Translations under genes and position numbers: made by a program | Notes under the pieces: generated by a model | What the model saw: only the letters and a program-made list of their open reading frames with translations | Told to the model about the DNA's origin: nothing | Databases searched by the model: none | Assembly: GCA_043228905.1 (NCBI GenBank) | Contig: JBHGNT010000002.1 | Coordinates: 682,001 to 746,000, forward strand | Length of the DNA stretch: 64,000 bases | Reading direction: 5' to 3' | DNA from: Azolla caroliniana | Taxonomy: Eukaryota; Plantae; Polypodiophyta | Part shown: piece by piece, positions 60,200-64,000 of the stretch | Numbering within the stretch: the stretch's first letter is position 1 | How the letters are laid out: every line of letters starts with the position of its first letter

Positions 60200-63100
60200 A
60201 AGTGTGAAAGAGTTCCAATGGGAGCCTATATAAATATATTCCTCATGTTGTATCCCCACATTATTGTGATAAGCTTTTATGTTTCACAAACTTATCTTAT
60301 TTGTATAGTTAGTAACATTCTTAATCACTTATCTAATTGTGTCATTAGCACCCTATTCATGGACATTTGTGGTCTAGTGAGCTCCTGCCATATTGGGCTC
60401 TCTTCATCCTTTCAAGAATTTTGGTAAATAAAAATTTTAGAAATCACTTGGCGTAAGGAAGTCCTTGAACTTATGCAAATCATGGGGGGGCATTTTATGA
60501 GGATGCCATCACTATGTGTTTTGCATGGACAAGTTAGTTTGCAGTAAAATTCCAATAAAATTGGATGACATCGCAATAGCCATTGCTTGGACTTGGCATG
60601 TGCAAGAAAACATGGATGGTGGACATGGGAGGTCTTGGTTTTAGACGTATTGATCTTATAGCAAGAGTTTTCTATACTTGGGGTGGTGTCTTATCTCATA
60701 TCCTAATGTATATTGTTTTAAATTTCGTAGTGTTTGCCTCCCATCCAAACTTATATGTATTGCTTTCAACTTCCGGTACTCAACGCAATACCCTCCGATA
60801 AATTTGCATTGTGTTAAGGACATATAAAAAAGTGGAGTCTTGTCAAACTATTTATCAATGTGGCAGTGCTCTCCGTGAGCAGTACTTGCACAATTCTCAA
60901 AGTACACTTGATGAGCACTTGGATACATGTTGCATGACCTAATTACAAGATCATATACAAGACAACAAACTTTATGTATGACAAGATTGAAAAACAAAAA
61001 ATCGTGACTTGTGGGACCTTCACAAGTCACGAGGGAGGGCTAATACTTGCTAGATATATAAGCTATTAGCCTCTACTATCTAGAATAAGAAGGTTAAGAG
61101 TGTTAAACGTAGTCACATAATCCAAGAATTGATGGTCAAAATAAAGAGATATTGTTGCTTGACAAAATTTATTAATAAGAGAAAATAAATATTATAAAGC
61201 TACTAGGCAAGCATAAATGCTAGGAGTTCAACATAGACAAAAGATATTACAAATTACAATGTTGAAACACAATTTCATGGACAGTGGACAACAACAACTC
61301 CTTTGCACTCATTATGATCAAGCTAAACAAGTATATGGGAAATTCTGGCACAATATTTTTCTTGAACTCTCGTAAATAGTCTTGATTTTGTAATAAAATT
61401 TTACTAGGGCTAAATTTTGTGGGATATATAATAAACAAGGCATGGTTTAGACGGTTGAACACAAGCGGTTGGGATATGGCCATGTCTCTAACTTTGACAA
61501 ATTGGTGTGTCTAGACCACTATGCATGCATCACATGCAAATAAATGGTGATTTTGTCAATAAAAATCATGTCTATAGCCAAATCTAGTATAACATGTGAT
61601 GTTCTTTACACGTGGAAATTTAGAGTCGTTTATTTATATTAGATAAGTTTAACATTTGCATTGCCATGTTAGATACTTTTCTCCTAAAATCAGTTCGGCC
61701 TCATTGATACCTTGTAAGTGAAAAACTTCAGCTTTGTGTATTGCCTTTTGTGGACCTTTTGTGGACGCAGATTGATAACAAATAATTGGACCATGTTATT
61801 TTGAGGAGTTGTTGGGCATATGGTGTGACCCAAGGCTACGTCAACGCTACTTAATGAGATACTAGTGTCAATATAATGGTTATATTCCGCATCTCCTCGT
61901 CATTATTATCAATGTAAATAACTTCTCACTTTCCTAACAAACTAAACGATATGATCAAACGGATTTGCAATTTCCAACTCACATTATGTTTTATTTGCCT
62001 GGAACTAGTTGATAAAGATGTGGATAATATATTTGAGTTTGAATTTGTTAAGTTTAGTTTTATACGCAAATTCCAATTGGATAAAATACATTTCTATAGG
62101 AAATATGGATCCTAAGAGCCAATTCAGATTCAATGGTCATGTTTGTTACAAAAATCAACTCATAAACTCGTACATTTAAGGAAATCTCGTGGCAATTCAT
62201 GAGTTTGAGTGCAACAATGAAACATTTGAAGTTTTGTATGTTGCCTTGACAACTTCAGGTTCGTCAAAACCAATGGGTACTTTGCTATGCATGCATTTCT
62301 TTTCTCGAGTCGGTGATTGTAAAGCAAGCATTTACTTTTTTTTCAAATTCAATTCTTTGGACCAAAGGCTAGTAACCAACCACTATGATCTTGTCTACAC
62401 CTAAGTTATATCAAAGGTATATACAGAGTTATGACATGGCAAAGTCATTGTACTTTGCCAATTTAATTTGGCTATCAAACATTTTTTTTCTATAGGACTA
62501 TGCTTTCATAAACCACTTGTATAATGTCCCATGTCACGATTGTTCCCCACTCAAGGAGGATTGTGAAGACAAGGCATTGGTCAGAGGCAAGTGATACTCA
62601 ATGCTCATGGTCTTGTTGCCACTATCCAATTGACCCTCCAAATGAGAACCACATAGATCGCATGCATATTCAATCCTACTCTTCTTTCATTGAAACACAA
62701 CACAATAATCATATTCTCACATATGGAACTCATTCCAAATGACACTAGGGATAGCAAGGAGTTTATGCCCATGTGTTATACATCGACCCCTACCCCTCTT
62801 ACAATTGTTGAGTACTAACGTAGGCACACTCCAAGTATTCAATCACATCTTATGCATGCATCTAACCTATGTGAATCCCCACTCTTTGACAAGGTTGTCT
62901 AAGTCCATTGTCTTGATTCCCGCCTCATTGAATCACAAAGTTTTCCACATTTTCCCACGTGGGAAGAGACCACTTTTCTCATGTTTCCCTACCATGTTTA
63001 TATTACGAGCTTTTGATGTGAGGCTCCCCGTGTCTAAAAATGTGTTGAAGAGTAACCCTCCACCCTCAATGTACATAGCTAGGTATGTTTCCCCTTGCAT

Positions 63101-64000
63101 ATAGAAGCTAATTATGTGAGATTCTAATCATAAGTGTCAGACTCATATCGACAACCAACATGTTGGATGGTAGACACAAGCTAAGATACACAAATTGTGG
63201 TTTATGATCTCGTAACCTAGGCTGGATTTATCTCTACATGGAATCATGTGGGAGTTTGAATGGGGCCAAAGAGTCCTCTACTCATCATGACATGTGTGCT
63301 TGCTCTAATTTGGTGGATACAGGTTGCTTAAAGTTCCTCATACGTCTTTATTCACTTTATGAGAACCAAAATTATCGATTTAAAACTCAAATTTTGAATT
63401 GACAATTCAAGGAGAGAGAAATATCATGCACCCAAAGGCTTTGAGAGTAATAATACATGTAGTATAGCTCCTCAATCAACAACGGATGAAACTATATGAA
63501 TATTTAGGTCTATTTGTTTTGTCATGATGTTGATAGATAACAAGCACTCGACATAACATGCCTAAGGTAAATTGGTACAAATAGACTTCAGGACCAATTT
63601 TCTGGTTTCTCTTATACTAAGCATGACCACGACTATGTTGCATTTTTCCAATGGTATAGGACATGGGAGGACTTCATGCTAACTCATAGACCTTAGCTAG
63701 GTGGAGAGTTATATATCTTCGCCTAATGGCCTCATCTTTTATGACTTCATTAACCACTCTTTAGTGATTATAGTTATTGTTAATGATACGTCAAAGTAGA
63801 AACTATATATATTACTAACCTTCTAGAGTTGTTCTCCTTTTATTCTTCCTTTATTTTGAAACACACCCATTGAGGAAAATTTCCCAAGTTAGAAGACGCT
63901 CCCTCCCCCCGACCCCCCTTCCCTCATTTTTTGTGCATCCCTCAACATTATGAGCTTCTACAATCAAGGATTTAGTGTGTATAAATAGAGTTATGGTTAT

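Overview
Eukaryotic, AT-rich land-plant genomic DNA (spliced GT-AG genes, Copia LTR elements, LINEs). A seed-free plant such as a fern or lycophyte is plausible but only inferred. There are two apparently intact multi-exon genes on the + strand. One is a ~681-aa low-complexity protein of the plant MERSEPxLVPEWL / vasculin-like family (18091-24138). The other is a ~1249-aa NT-C2 (EEIG1/EHBP1) domain coiled-coil protein (47673-56992). There is also an EI24 homologue on the - strand with only three coding exons visible, and a decayed, internally deleted pseudo-response-regulator (PRR) fragment. The rest is a set of nested transposons. These include RTE-X-like LINEs with simple-repeat tails and an L1-type LINE split by a 2.85-kb TIR element (AACAC ends, 4-bp TTAG duplication) and by a Copia element. 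Two related Copia elements share a loss of RT/RNase H, and one of them sits inside the LTR of an older Copia that carries a gag-derived hairpin. A tRNA-derived SINE has two convergent Pol III heads. The most unusual signals are the unclassified TIR element, the two-headed SINE, and an in-frame single-TAG junction between LINE ORF1 and ORF2. No prokaryotic system, CRISPR array, rRNA or intact tRNA was seen. All family names come from motif recognition by eye, not from database searches.
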